The notes beneath the pieces are model-generated. The model did not search any database. It was not told the origin of the DNA and worked only from the letters and a program-made list of their open reading frames with translations. Positions 36,487 through 47,420 of a stretch of DNA of 64,000 bases are shown one piece after another. Positions within the stretch are counted from its first letter, which is position 1, and the number at the start of each line of letters is the position of its first letter. Origin of the DNA: Craspedostauros australis (Eukaryota); NCBI GenBank assembly GCA_030167865.1, contig JALAGF010003296.1, positions 1 through 64,000 of the forward strand, given 5' to 3'. The translations under genes and the position numbers were made by a program.

Positions 36487-37380
36487 TTATTCCATGTTAG
36501 CACGCTGCGACGACCGCCGATGCCTCGGCCACAGCCAAGATCTGGCAAACGTCTCCGGCTTGATTTCGCGCGCGCGACAATCTTCCAATTGAAATTGCTG
36601 CAACGTTCCCGACACGCCATTCTCACACAGCCATTGGCCCTGCCGCAGTTCGTTCATCTCGAAATCGAATCGGCCTCGAATCAGGACGTTGCGCTTGTCC
36701 CATGTCCGCTCCACCCAGTACGCATCACCGTTGCGCGCTGCGAATCCGGTCGTGATCTGGAATGGCCCGTCGTCGTCCTCACCGTGGCCAGATATGCGCC
36801 ATAGTTGCGGGTTGATGATGGATACCGTCTCGTCGTTGCTGTCGTGGTCGTCGTTGTTCAAATACGACGGAGCTGAAGCCAGGCGGAACGACAGGTTTAC
36901 CTGCGATTGTAATGCCTTGCGAGATTCGGTGTACTTGCATTTGTACAATCCGTTCGTTGGGTGGTGGCGGTTGTTGATGTCATTGTTTTTGTCATTATTG
37001 TTGTCAGTGCTGTCTTCCTCATTGCCGTTGGTGTCATTAGTCGCTTTAGAGCCATTATTGTCATTGGTACCACTGATGCAATCGCCGCTGCTGGACAACA
37101 CCCGTTGCCTCGTTGCCTTCAATAGCTTGTTGTAGTTGGACGACGCCCTCTTATGCTTGCAATACTCGATCCACACGATGATGGTGGCAAACAAGACGAA
37201 GATGGCGATGACTTTCAACGGTTCCGGATCTTCATCGCCAGACGATCCATGTCTGTGCCGCGCACGAGTATGATGGCCACCACCGTGACCACCGTGTCCT
37301 CCTTTGGCTTGCACGCAGACGAGGATTACCATGCAGAGATGCAGCGTGCGTCGCGACGCAGTTTGGTGAGATCGCAGCAT
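36487..37380 (-). CDS. Uncharacterised single-pass membrane protein, 'KGG' family paralog 1
   Basis: Signal peptide ..VCVQA|KGGHGGHGGG, TM VIAIFVLFATIIVWI, and a beta-rich domain GLYKCKYTE...WRISGHGEDDDGPFQITTGFAARNGDAYWVE..VLIRGRFDF shared with the two downstream paralogs. Confidence 0.75.
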   Translation of the reverse strand: MLRSHQTASRRTLHLCMVILVCVQAKGGHGGHGGGHHTRARHRHGSSGDEDPEPLKVIAIFVLFATIIVWIEYCKHKRASSNYNKLLKATRQRVLSSSGDCISGTNDNNGSKATNDTNGNEEDSTDNNNDKNNDINNRHHPTNGLYKCKYTESRKALQSQVNLSFRLASAPSYLNNDDHDSNDETVSIINPQLWRISGHGEDDDGPFQITTGFAARNGDAYWVERTWDKRNVLIRGRFDFEMNELRQGQWLCENGVSGTLQQFQLEDCRAREIKPETFARSWLWPRHRRSSQRANME

Positions 37381-38077
37381 GTTGCGTCAAGTCATACCAT
37401 TGCTTGTGATTGTGTGTGCAAGGGTGTGTTGGTCGATGTTTTCTCAGCTCCGATCTGATCTTTGTAGTCAGGCATATTATGTTACATAATACAAGTGCCA
37501 CACCTCCCATGCGTACATGTTATGATCACGCGGTGTGGGCTGCGACCACCTGTGCTGACGCTGCCTTGGTTTCTTGTGGACAGTGTGGCGGTCAAAGTCG
37601 GATCTTTCCAGTCGTGTTCGGGGTTGTCACGATTCGATTATTTCTTTCTTGGACCTTCTTGTTTGGCAAACAATCTGCCAGCCCTGGACAAACCGCAGAG
37701 AGTGCAACAACCTGGGTTGGGCAGAGGGCGAGGATTGGTAGAGAGCAGAGAAGAGTAGAGCACCCTATTGTGCATGCTACGCGAACAAAGTACTCGCAGA
37801 GATACGGAATCACGCCTCGTGGTTTGGTTCCGCGAGCATGCTGTGGCACCAGCAACTGCAGCTAGTTTTGCAATATGCACTCCAGGGTATTCTGCTCATG
37901 TTCTGGTATCATACAATTCGTTCACTGTAGCGGAGCTTGTTCGAGTGAGTCTTGTTCTACTATTGTTGATAATATTAGTTACATACACATAGTACATGTC
38001 ATTTGCTTCATGATGGAGTGTTGTCAGCACGACAATGCGTGGCTGTGCTCATCTGCACGCTCACTTCACCATCATGC

Positions 38078-38950
38078 TTACATCTCCGACATGCTGGTGA
38101 TCACTGTGCCATCTTCCACTGCCTGGTCCAACACGAAATGGAACAGCTCTCCGCCAGTCCCCTTGTTACACACCCAACGTGCGGGATCGATTTTTCCGTT
38201 GACAAAGTCAAAGCGGCCCGTGACCAACACCTCCAGGCCCACCATCGTTTCCGAGGTCTCCACCCAGAACGCATCGCCGTTGGCGGCGACGTATCCTTCG
38301 TCGATACGGAAGTTGCCGTCGTTGTCGGAACCCTTGCCTGTCACCTTCCACAGCGTCGTGCCACCGCTGACGCTCTCAATGGCGTTCTGCTTCTCCATCT
38401 CGTCGTCGACGTTTGTGCCATCGAAGCTGGCGTTCTTGACAGTGGTCGGTTCGAAGGTGAGGTGCTCCTCGGATGGATAGGCACGGTCGTTCTCGTTGTA
38501 CGTGCATCTATAGCAGCCATTACGCGGCGTGGCAACCGCGATGTTGATCATACTGTCGACATGGTTGGCGCTGCTCTGCAGCACGTTGATCTTGGCCTGC
38601 TTGCTCTGGTCCACGAAGGAGGAGGCCGTTGCCGATTTGGGAGCGGCATTGCGAGAACTGCAATACACCCGCGCGGCGACGCCAAGGCCGATACAGGCAG
38701 CTGAGACGCCCAGGATGATCCCGATCATGGTCATGTCCAGGTCGACGGGGTCGTCGTTGGAGTTGTTGGTCTGATTGTTGTGGAAGCTTCCATTTCCACC
38801 ATAGGATCCGCTTCCACCTCCGCCTCCACCTCTTCCACCGCCACCGCCGCCTCCCTTGGCAAGCACCTGCAAAGCAAACATGGGAAGGGTGCAGAGCAGC
38901 TGCACAATGATGGCGTTCGGGACGTTGGTTGGATTGGAGGAACGAAGCAT
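38078..38950 (-). CDS. Uncharacterised single-pass membrane protein, 'KGG' family paralog 2
   Basis: MLRSSNPT..QVLA|KGGGGGGGRGGG, TM MIGIILGVSAACIGLGVAA, WKVTGKGSDNDGNFRIDEGYVAANGDAFWVE..VLVTGRFDF. Confidence 0.8.
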   Translation of the reverse strand: MLRSSNPTNVPNAIIVQLLCTLPMFALQVLAKGGGGGGGRGGGGGGSGSYGGNGSFHNNQTNNSNDDPVDLDMTMIGIILGVSAACIGLGVAARVYCSSRNAAPKSATASSFVDQSKQAKINVLQSSANHVDSMINIAVATPRNGCYRCTYNENDRAYPSEEHLTFEPTTVKNASFDGTNVDDEMEKQNAIESVSGGTTLWKVTGKGSDNDGNFRIDEGYVAANGDAFWVETSETMVGLEVLVTGRFDFVNGKIDPARWVCNKGTGGELFHFVLDQAVEDGTVITSMSEM

Positions 38951-40286
38951 GGTGGGCGAAGATCGATTGTCGTCAAAGGCGATGCAAGTAGAGAATGTGG
39001 CAAAAGTATGGTATGGTATGCACTTGATGATAGGAGAATGGTACTCACAAGGATGCGATCGTAGGATACGACGAGTATTGCTGATATGTGTGTGGCAATG
39101 GCTCCAGACTATGCGAACAATGCATACTCTTGCGTACTCTTGTACTCGTACGAGTATGGTACTTGCGCAGATAGAGTACGAGGTAATTCGTTGATTGTCT
39201 GGTGATTGCACTGTGATGATCTGATGTACCGCACGAAGCCCGCCTTGTTGTTGTTCGTTGTCGTTTGCCTTTTATTGTTGCACGAGTTTGTGCTCGCCAT
39301 TGATGTGCTCGCGGTCCTGCGATCACCACAGGGAACAACAAGCTGCTCCACCACCAGTATCTCTCTTCGTTTCAATTGGACAATGTGCGGTCGTTGATGT
39401 TTGCGACCTCTCATGTCTTTGTCGTATCGTTCTGTCTTGTCGCTGATGTCCAAGCTCGAAACGTGTTGATACACAGACGTGCACCAGGTTCCAGAGGCGC
39501 ATGAACTGTCGAATGACGGTCGTACAAGGTGTTTTTTAATAACACATGCTATCCCAAGGTCTCTCTAGAGAGACCTGATCGTTGATGTCCATTGCACTAT
39601 CGTTGGCCTCTTTCTGATTGCGTTTCGTTAATAATGAAACACTCGTCTCATAACTAATAGTGAATTGCGAAAGCTGCAATTGGGACAGCCCCCAATAAAA
39701 CGTGTATTCACATATTCTTGTTTTGGATGATAGCTCGAATTCTTCCCAGGCGACTTTTCTTGTGTCTCGAGCATGCCGTCAATCGGTACGCGAGACCTTC
39801 AGGTCTCACACCTTGTGACTAGAATCATAGAATAGTATGCATGGAACCACGATGATTTATGTGATAGTGGCCCAAAGGCAAGATCGATGAATGAGGTTGT
39901 GTCTACTCTCTCTCTCTAGATTCCTGTAGGTGTCGCGATGGACTACGTTGAATAAATTCATTCCCTCCAAGACCAGATCAAACACCATCCAAGGAAAGGA
40001 GCGGGGTCATCCTGGTCATTGTGACAGGTCCTTTCGAATGGTCATTGGAATAGGTCATTGGATCAACACGCAGTGAAATTGCCATCGCGATGCTTGTGTG
40101 TGTTCATCTCGCGAAATTGTGCGGGCGTTCTGCGATGTGATGCTGTTGTGGACACGTTTCCGCAAAAACGACAACAAGCGCGACAAACGCGACACACATC
40201 AACAAACGCCGCTCTCGCTGGAGCCACCAACCACGCCAACCACACGAACATCGGCGAGCCCCAAGTCCAAGGCAACATTCTCGACG

Positions 40287-41957
40287 ATGGATCCCTCTTC
40301 GGGTGGAATTCATGCGGAGGCTGGTGGACTCAAGCACTCGAACCGCAAGGCTACCTTGGCAAGCAGCCATAGCAGGGTCGCATCTCCCTCGGCGAAACAG
40401 ATGAACGATGGCGATGGGATCAGTCGTCGCCAGTCGACCACGGCGAACAAGACCACGATACTCGCAATGCTGGCATTTTCTTTCATGGTCTTCCAATCCT
40501 CCGTGATGCTGATCTCACCATGGCGGTGTTCATGCTCAACAATGGCTGATGCAAAGACAGAATCTGCGATCATTGAGGAACTGCGGTCATCTCCCATCGT
40601 GGAACACGCAGAAGCCGACGTTCGCACAGTTGTATCAGGAATGGATTCGACAACAGCGCCACCAACGGAGCCACCAACGAAGCCACCAGCGGAGCTACCA
40701 ATGAAGGCTGCTCCCAAAGAAAAGAAAAACCGGATAGTGTTCCATTTCGGACCACCGAAGACTGCCACGACCTCCCTGCAAGCGGACCTGGTGGAACTCA
40801 GAAAAAAGCAGATCCTTGCCAGCGATCACTACTGGGATTCAGGACTACTATGCCTGAAAAAGCCATTTACGGATCAAGGGCTGCGATTGTGTTCAATCGA
40901 ACAATTGTTCCACAAAGGGGCCCTGCACGAGCCTTACTCCAAGTACAGGAACCAACTGGCACAGCAAGTGCCATCGGAGTTGCCAGCCATTTTAGTGGAA
41001 ACACAACAAGTACTTGATGCGGCCAAAGAGCAGAACATCTCGTTGGTATACAGCAGCGAGTTTCAGGGCATTTCCACCTGGTACGACAAAACACGATTCC
41101 AGAGTCCGACGTACTTCAGCAACTTGTCCCACTTCCTCAAAGACTGGGATGTATCGGTGGTCGTCACCTACCGACGCGCCTTTGACTGGATGCTCAGCTC
41201 TTGGAAGCAAATGGCCGGGATGGATGCAGAGGAAGGCAAGCCCTCAGTTTGTTGGCCTACGAAAGATGGAGTAGTGCACGCAAACATGTGGACAAGTATT
41301 CGAGAGTGGATGGAGAGAAGTTCAAAGCCGCACGCTAGGGGTCCCATCATCATGACTCTTTCGGGAAATCCTAGTGGATCTTATGTCTTCATCGACGGAA
41401 TTATCCAAGCGTGGAGAGAAAGCGGCTATCCCATCCACATCATGAACTTCCACAGCAAACGGCACATCTCTGAGCAGCTGCTGTGCGACACCATTCCAGA
41501 CACTCCCAAGTCATGTGAATACCTCGAGCAACGAGAAGCGCCCACCAAGGCCAACTCCCGATCAAGGATTTGGTTCGCAATCAGCGACGTAATCTTTACT
41601 GCAGCACAACGCGGTTTGATCAGCCAAGCCACACAAGCCAACCGAACCAGGATGGCCATGACAGACGAGTTGGCGGAGCATCATAAACGTGTTCTGAACA
41701 AGACCTTCGCGGATCTCCCGCTGGATTGTCCGCCGGAGAATGAATTGCAAGAGCTCCTGAACATGTCGCTGACGCTGGAGGAGAAGTGGATGCCTGAGTG
41801 GCATGCATCTCCTGACGGTGAAGCGGCACACCGCAAGGCATTCCACCGCACTGTCTACGAGAAGCGTGAATTCTGTGACGTGAATCTGGATCGTTTGTTT
41901 GAAGGCGTGTCGACTTGGGACGATCTCTTGGGCAGGCTGAATCGTACAATGACCTGA
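40287..41957 (+). CDS. Sulfotransferase-like P-loop-fold type II membrane protein
   Basis: TM ILAMLAFSFMVFQSSVMLI and a Pro-rich stem. 5'-PSB-like IVFHFGPPKTATTSLQ, LVYSSE, and 3'-PB-like VVVTYRRAFDWMLSSWKQ. Start uncertain. Confidence 0.75.
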   Translation: MDPSSGGIHAEAGGLKHSNRKATLASSHSRVASPSAKQMNDGDGISRRQSTTANKTTILAMLAFSFMVFQSSVMLISPWRCSCSTMADAKTESAIIEELRSSPIVEHAEADVRTVVSGMDSTTAPPTEPPTKPPAELPMKAAPKEKKNRIVFHFGPPKTATTSLQADLVELRKKQILASDHYWDSGLLCLKKPFTDQGLRLCSIEQLFHKGALHEPYSKYRNQLAQQVPSELPAILVETQQVLDAAKEQNISLVYSSEFQGISTWYDKTRFQSPTYFSNLSHFLKDWDVSVVVTYRRAFDWMLSSWKQMAGMDAEEGKPSVCWPTKDGVVHANMWTSIREWMERSSKPHARGPIIMTLSGNPSGSYVFIDGIIQAWRESGYPIHIMNFHSKRHISEQLLCDTIPDTPKSCEYLEQREAPTKANSRSRIWFAISDVIFTAAQRGLISQATQANRTRMAMTDELAEHHKRVLNKTFADLPLDCPPENELQELLNMSLTLEEKWMPEWHASPDGEAAHRKAFHRTVYEKREFCDVNLDRLFEGVSTWDDLLGRLNRTMT

Positions 41958-42481
41958 AGTTGCGGCAGGGTGAAGGGGAAGGTGGCTGAAGAGATGGGGT
42001 GGGTTGTGCACAGAAGCGAGAAATGGATGAACCGACAGGATCAAGATTGGCTCCAAATCGATCCACTCTACCAATAGAAAGTAATACTCTCGAGGTAGCC
42101 GAAAATAATGACCAAGTACAAGCATGAAGCTGCAGGCGCTGCAAGATCCAGAATAAAATTGATGAGATAAGGGGACACGAAAGAGTCGGTCAACTTGATA
42201 GGGAAGTCCCCGAGAGGGAGACTTCTGCAAAGGATACTCCCTATTGATGTAATGCGGACGTCATTTCAAACACAATACCATACTGCTCTATTTTAATGTC
42301 TTCCATTGCCCGAAGAAAATCAAAACTGTATGAGTCTCCGACGAAGTGCATGTCATCTAGCGCAGCAGAGCAGCTCGTCCAACAGAGTATAGTGCAGTGG
42401 GTGGGTATGAATCGTGCACGTTCACGTACACGTTCATGTACACATTCATGTACTTGTATTCGTGGAGCGCCACACGGAACA

Positions 42482-43375
42482 TTATCTGCCATCGCTGTGG
42501 TTGCCTGCATGCCCCGGACCGAACCGAACTGAGCTGACCCGCTCTGCGCTGCCCGACATGCTGGTGATAACTGTGCCATCTTCCACTGCCTGATCCAACT
42601 TGAAATGGAACAGCTCTCCGCCAGTCCCCTTGTTACACATCCACGATGCAGAGTTGAGCTTTCCGTTGACAAAGTCAAAGCGGCCCGTGACCAACACCTC
42701 CAGGCTCACCGTCGTTTCCGAGATCTCCACCCAGAACGCATCGCCGTTGGCGGCGACGTATCCTTCGTCGATACGGAAGTTGCCGTCGTTGTCGGAACCC
42801 TTGCCTGTCACCTTCCACAGCGTCGTGCCACCGCTGACGCTCTCAATGGCGTTCTGCTTCTCCATGTCGTCGTCGACGTTAGTGCCATCGAAACTGGCGT
42901 TCTTGACGGTGGTCGGTTCGAAGGTGAGGTGCTCCTCGGATGGATAGGCACGGTCGTTCTCGTTGTAAGTGCATCTATAGCAGCCGTTACGCGGCGTGGC
43001 AACCGCGATGTTGATCATGCTGTCGACATGGTTGGCGCTGCTCTGCAGCACGTTGATCTTGGCCTGCTTGCTCTGGTCCACGAAGGAGGAGGCCGTTGCC
43101 AATTTGGGAGCGACATTGCGAGAACTGCAATACACCCGCGCGGCAAAGCTGATACCCGCCAAGACAGCTGAGATGCCCACCATGATCCCGATCGAGGCCG
43201 GGTCGGCCGGGCCACCGTCTCCGTCACTGCCCGCAGCTCCACCCCCGCTGCTTGAGCCACCACCGCCGCCTCCTCCTCCCTTGGCAAGCACCTGCACAGC
43301 GAAGATGGGAAGGGTGCAGAGCAGCTGCACAATGATGGCGTTCGGAACGTTGGTCGGATTGGAGGAACGGAACAT
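42482..43375 (-). CDS. Uncharacterised single-pass membrane protein, 'KGG' family paralog 3 (recent duplicate of paralog 2)
   Basis: Near-identical to 38078..38950 from RVYCSSRN to ITSMS at protein and DNA level. Differs in the Gly-rich ectodomain, TM and C-tail. Confidence 0.8.
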   Translation of the reverse strand: MFRSSNPTNVPNAIIVQLLCTLPIFAVQVLAKGGGGGGGGSSSGGGAAGSDGDGGPADPASIGIMVGISAVLAGISFAARVYCSSRNVAPKLATASSFVDQSKQAKINVLQSSANHVDSMINIAVATPRNGCYRCTYNENDRAYPSEEHLTFEPTTVKNASFDGTNVDDDMEKQNAIESVSGGTTLWKVTGKGSDNDGNFRIDEGYVAANGDAFWVEISETTVSLEVLVTGRFDFVNGKLNSASWMCNKGTGGELFHFKLDQAVEDGTVITSMSGSAERVSSVRFGPGHAGNHSDGR

Positions 43376-44547
43376 GGTTGGCAAAAATGGATGGATGGAT
43401 GGATGGCGATGGTGATGCAATCAGAGCATGTGGCAAACATGCACTCTTACTCAATTTTGCAAAAATGCAATGCTCGGCAGCCGGGGAATGCTTTCATGAG
43501 GCGGTGCAGCGCTTGTACGGCGCCAAGAGATGCGCAGTGCTCATTGCTGCCAGCGCCATCGCTTCATACAGCGATACAACGCGAAGAACAGGCCAGAACG
43601 CCTGTGTATGGTATGGTGCTTGCATACTCTTGCGAATGTGCAGCGATGGTGTTGTCTGCGCTCCTCTGTTTGCAGGTGGGATGTCTCTCTGCGACGACTG
43701 TGTTCGTGCACAAGAGGGAGAGAAAGTTTCGTTTCATCGAACGGTCGCGTCGTTGGGTTTCGTCTGGTGCCGTGTTATTCCGTGGAGGTCCCTGTTTCGT
43801 TCCAGCCACACCAAGTTCCGTTTCTCCTTGTCTTTGGCCGTGGCTGAGTTGTCTGGTCGCACCAGCACCCTTTCTTTTCCAACAGCACGTGTTGCCAAAC
43901 ATGTTTGGCGAAGATGCAGAGGCGCAGCATTGGATGAATGACAGACATAATCCGTGACACGGCAGGGCACCACTGTTTGCGAACGGCTCCGCCTTCACGA
44001 CCGTTTCATGCCTCCCAGGTGACCTCGAACGGTCAACAACGAAACTCACGGTCGTGGAATCTCCAAGGTGGACTCCCTGGATCGACTGAGGAAAAATGAC
44101 AGGCAGTTTCGGGCACAAAGCACCAACGGCTCCCTTCAACACCACTGCCACTTGCAGTGATGGAAAGATCGCAAGGGCATGAGAATCCCGGTGATAACAC
44201 AGCTCGTGGCAGTACATGCATCAGGAGGACGCGATCTGCGACTACATGCACTATTACTCGCACCAGTTCACACCAAACCACCTGTGCCGTTGCCAATTCA
44301 ATCGGAGGAGAGCACTCTGTTCCGCTCCACCATACTTTTGGTCTGCGGTCCTCTTTTGCTTCTGTCATAATACTCTGTTCTACTCCACTCTACTCCACTC
44401 AAACCGTATTCGCGCCGTGCTAAGACAGGACAATAGCCACCTGTTCCTGCATCCGAGAATAGCCGAAGTCACTCGACTCCATCCACGCATATAGCACGGC
44501 TCTGCCACACTCTCACATTGTCGCGACCAGCCGCAACGATATCCACG

Positions 44548-46617
44548 ATGACCAACCGATCGTCACGCCCAGCCTGCGCACAGTCTCAGATCAGCCGACT
44601 GCGATCATGGCTGCTTCTCTCCCTGCTCCCGCCACTGCTGGTGCAGCTCTGCGAGGCTCTGCCAGCCAACGAGGATGCGCCGACAAGCGGATATGATGAG
44701 GATCCCGTGCATGGTCTCAAGGATCTGTATCAAATGCAGCACCGCGGCGACGAGAAGGAAGACGCAGCACAGGAAGGCCCATGCGTCGGTGGGTCGTGTC
44801 CGATGCCGGACGACATGGAAACAGAGCAAGTAAAGAAAGCGGAGAAACCAGACGACAAGGCAACAGGAGGCCGCAAGAGGGGACACTACTCGTGCGGGTA
44901 CTGGATGGGACCATCTCCGATCAAGCAACACGAGGAGCACGGCTTCGGTCTGGGCCTCTTCACCGGGAACTTCATCAACAAGGGCGATCAGGTCGATCCA
45001 GCCATCTTCATTCCCATCTACGATTGGGACGACTCCGAACATCCGCCATTCCGGGAGTACGTTTGGGACGGCGAGGTCCTGCCGCATCTCACGCTGACGA
45101 GCCACAGCGGCATGTTCATGTACATGCCGGGCATCGCTGCCTTCGCGCCCTGCACGTCCAGCAATTACAACGTCGAATTGGCGCATCACGTTGAAGAATC
45201 CAATGATCCCTACGAGCTGCAGGACCAGGACTTCCAGGAATGGATGCAGAATCCGCTGCCGCCGACCGCGGGATCTTTCTCGCCATACTCCAGCTTCATG
45301 TACCGCGCGACGCGCACCATCGTGCCGGGCGAGGAGCTGGTCGTGCAGTGCTCCGATGCGAACTTCGACGGTGGCAACTATTTCTTGTCGCATTTCCAGC
45401 CAGAGAAGGACGACGTCATGTGTCTGGATCGGTACCTGCACGTGCGCAGTTCGTACCATCCCCGCGTCGGGCAAGGCCTGTTCGCAAAGGTGCACGTCGA
45501 CGCGGGGACCGTCCTGCTGTCCTCGCCGCTGGCCCCCATAGATCGCAAGGACATCAAGATGCCCGACACGATACCCCACAAGGTGCCCGATCACCAGCTG
45601 CTTCTTAATTACTGCCTGGGACATCCCGATTCGGACCTGCTTTTCCTTCCCACCGGACCGCTCATCAATTACTTGAACCACGGCGATCCCGACGACGCAA
45701 ATGCCAAGATCGTCTGGCACACGCCCATCTACGATCACGACGATCTGCACCATCGCAATCGCCACCATCACGAAGAGCTCTTCCAGATGTCCGCGCAGCA
45801 GGTGGTCAAGATACATGGCAAGACACTGCTCATCGATATCGTGACGACCAAGGATATTCGGCTGGGCGACGAGATCCTCATCGACTACGGCGAGGCCTGG
45901 AGGGCTGCCTGGAAATCACACGTCAGCTCCTGGAATTGGCGACCGCCCATGGACCAAATGTCCGCCAGACAGTACAGCGAATTCCAGGACACCGCCATCC
46001 TGCGCACGAGCAAGGAGCAGCTCTACGATCCCTACCCCAACAACCTCATGTTCGTCTGCTCATTCTCGGAGGAATGGGAAGATCCGCCACCGGAGGTCGA
46101 GGAGATCGAACACAACTGGCTGAAATGGGAGACCCATAACTGCTTCCTTCCCTGCGTCATCGAGAACCGCTACGTCGAACCCGTGCAATGGAACCCCAAC
46201 GACGTCGACGGCGACGGCCAGCCCATCTTCGAGGACACTATGCTATACACGGTCTACATGCTCAGCGTCGATCACAACCCCGACGTGGAATGGAAATGCC
46301 AGCTCATGCCCAACGTCGAATACACCTTGTCTCGTATTCCGCGATTCGCCATCACCATCGTGGATCGCCCGTACTCCACGCACACCTTCCTGCCCAAGGT
46401 CTTCAGGCACGAGATTGGCGTGCCGGAGGGGCTGTACCCGGAGACATGGATCACGAAGAAAACGACACGAGGACTGCGAACGTCGAAAGGACCCGACAAG
46501 GACGGCGCTGCGGAGGAAGATAAGTCCTTGGTGGTGGTGACGGAGCAGATGGAGCAGTACAAACGTCGTGCGACGCGGCCGAAGCTTGAGACGAAGCGGC
46601 GCGACGCGGGCGCATGA
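44548..46617 (+). CDS. Secretory-pathway protein with two SET-like domains
   Basis: Signal peptide (WLLLSLLPPLLVQLCEA|LP). SET-like 1: GPSPI..FGLGLFTG...RATRTIVPGEELVV. SET-like 2: RSSYHPRVGQGLFAK...LINYLNHG..NAKIVW...TTKDIRLGDEILIDYGEAW. C-terminal FRHEIGVPEGLYPETW. Confidence 0.8.
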   Translation: MTNRSSRPACAQSQISRLRSWLLLSLLPPLLVQLCEALPANEDAPTSGYDEDPVHGLKDLYQMQHRGDEKEDAAQEGPCVGGSCPMPDDMETEQVKKAEKPDDKATGGRKRGHYSCGYWMGPSPIKQHEEHGFGLGLFTGNFINKGDQVDPAIFIPIYDWDDSEHPPFREYVWDGEVLPHLTLTSHSGMFMYMPGIAAFAPCTSSNYNVELAHHVEESNDPYELQDQDFQEWMQNPLPPTAGSFSPYSSFMYRATRTIVPGEELVVQCSDANFDGGNYFLSHFQPEKDDVMCLDRYLHVRSSYHPRVGQGLFAKVHVDAGTVLLSSPLAPIDRKDIKMPDTIPHKVPDHQLLLNYCLGHPDSDLLFLPTGPLINYLNHGDPDDANAKIVWHTPIYDHDDLHHRNRHHHEELFQMSAQQVVKIHGKTLLIDIVTTKDIRLGDEILIDYGEAWRAAWKSHVSSWNWRPPMDQMSARQYSEFQDTAILRTSKEQLYDPYPNNLMFVCSFSEEWEDPPPEVEEIEHNWLKWETHNCFLPCVIENRYVEPVQWNPNDVDGDGQPIFEDTMLYTVYMLSVDHNPDVEWKCQLMPNVEYTLSRIPRFAITIVDRPYSTHTFLPKVFRHEIGVPEGLYPETWITKKTTRGLRTSKGPDKDGAAEEDKSLVVVTEQMEQYKRRATRPKLETKRRDAGA

Positions 46618-47315
46618 AATTAGAGTGCGACCAGTAGATGTTGTATGGTACAGTGCGCTGCTGTATCATGCCGTGCGATGTATCATAGCTCACATAGTAC
46701 CTATCACACGAGTATGTCACTCTGCTCTGTTCTGGAGTATTTGAGGGTATATCGTCACGAGGTGATGACTTTGGGCTTGAATGCATGTACTCTGCTATGT
46801 AGTACTCGTAGGTATCACTGTGGGTGCAGTGCATATTAACAAGGAAAGCGCTTTGATGAACATTCATGTCAGTACTCGTAGATCCAGGTCGAGGTCGTTT
46901 ACGATCGACTCTAGTATTGAGATACGACCGAGGTTCCGCATACTCGTGGATCAAGATGGATAGGGCTGGAGAGCACATAGTAGTATATTATATAATATTG
47001 TGTAATAGAATAGGTCGTATAATATCATATTATATTATACTTACATGCTTGAATTCGTTGAGAGAATCTACAGATACAAATGCCAACACATGCAGCTACG
47101 ACCTCCTCGTATCAATACGACCAGGTCCCACAACGAGCTCGTGCGGCGGGTCATCCCATTTTGTGTTGAAGGGGCGGAGATTCCTTGGATGCAGTTTCGT
47201 GTTGGCGCCAAAAATCCGAAACACGAACCAATGCGGAAGCCAGTGACGTTGCGGCTGACGACCAACCGCTTCACTTCTTCGAAACTCACAATTCACCGCA
47301 TGTCGACATTGACAT

Positions 47316-47351
47316 CAGTGCCATAGTCAGTGCCATAGTCAGTGCCATAGT
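47316..47351. repeat. 12-bp tandem repeat (CAGTGCCATAGT)x3 upstream of the phosphatase gene
   Basis: Three exact copies. Confidence 0.9.
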
Positions 47352-47420
47352 CGTACGAGTAGAGTAGAGTAGCAGCATTCCGAGAGCAGATCAGCAGTGA
47401 CACCACCACACTCGTGGCTC

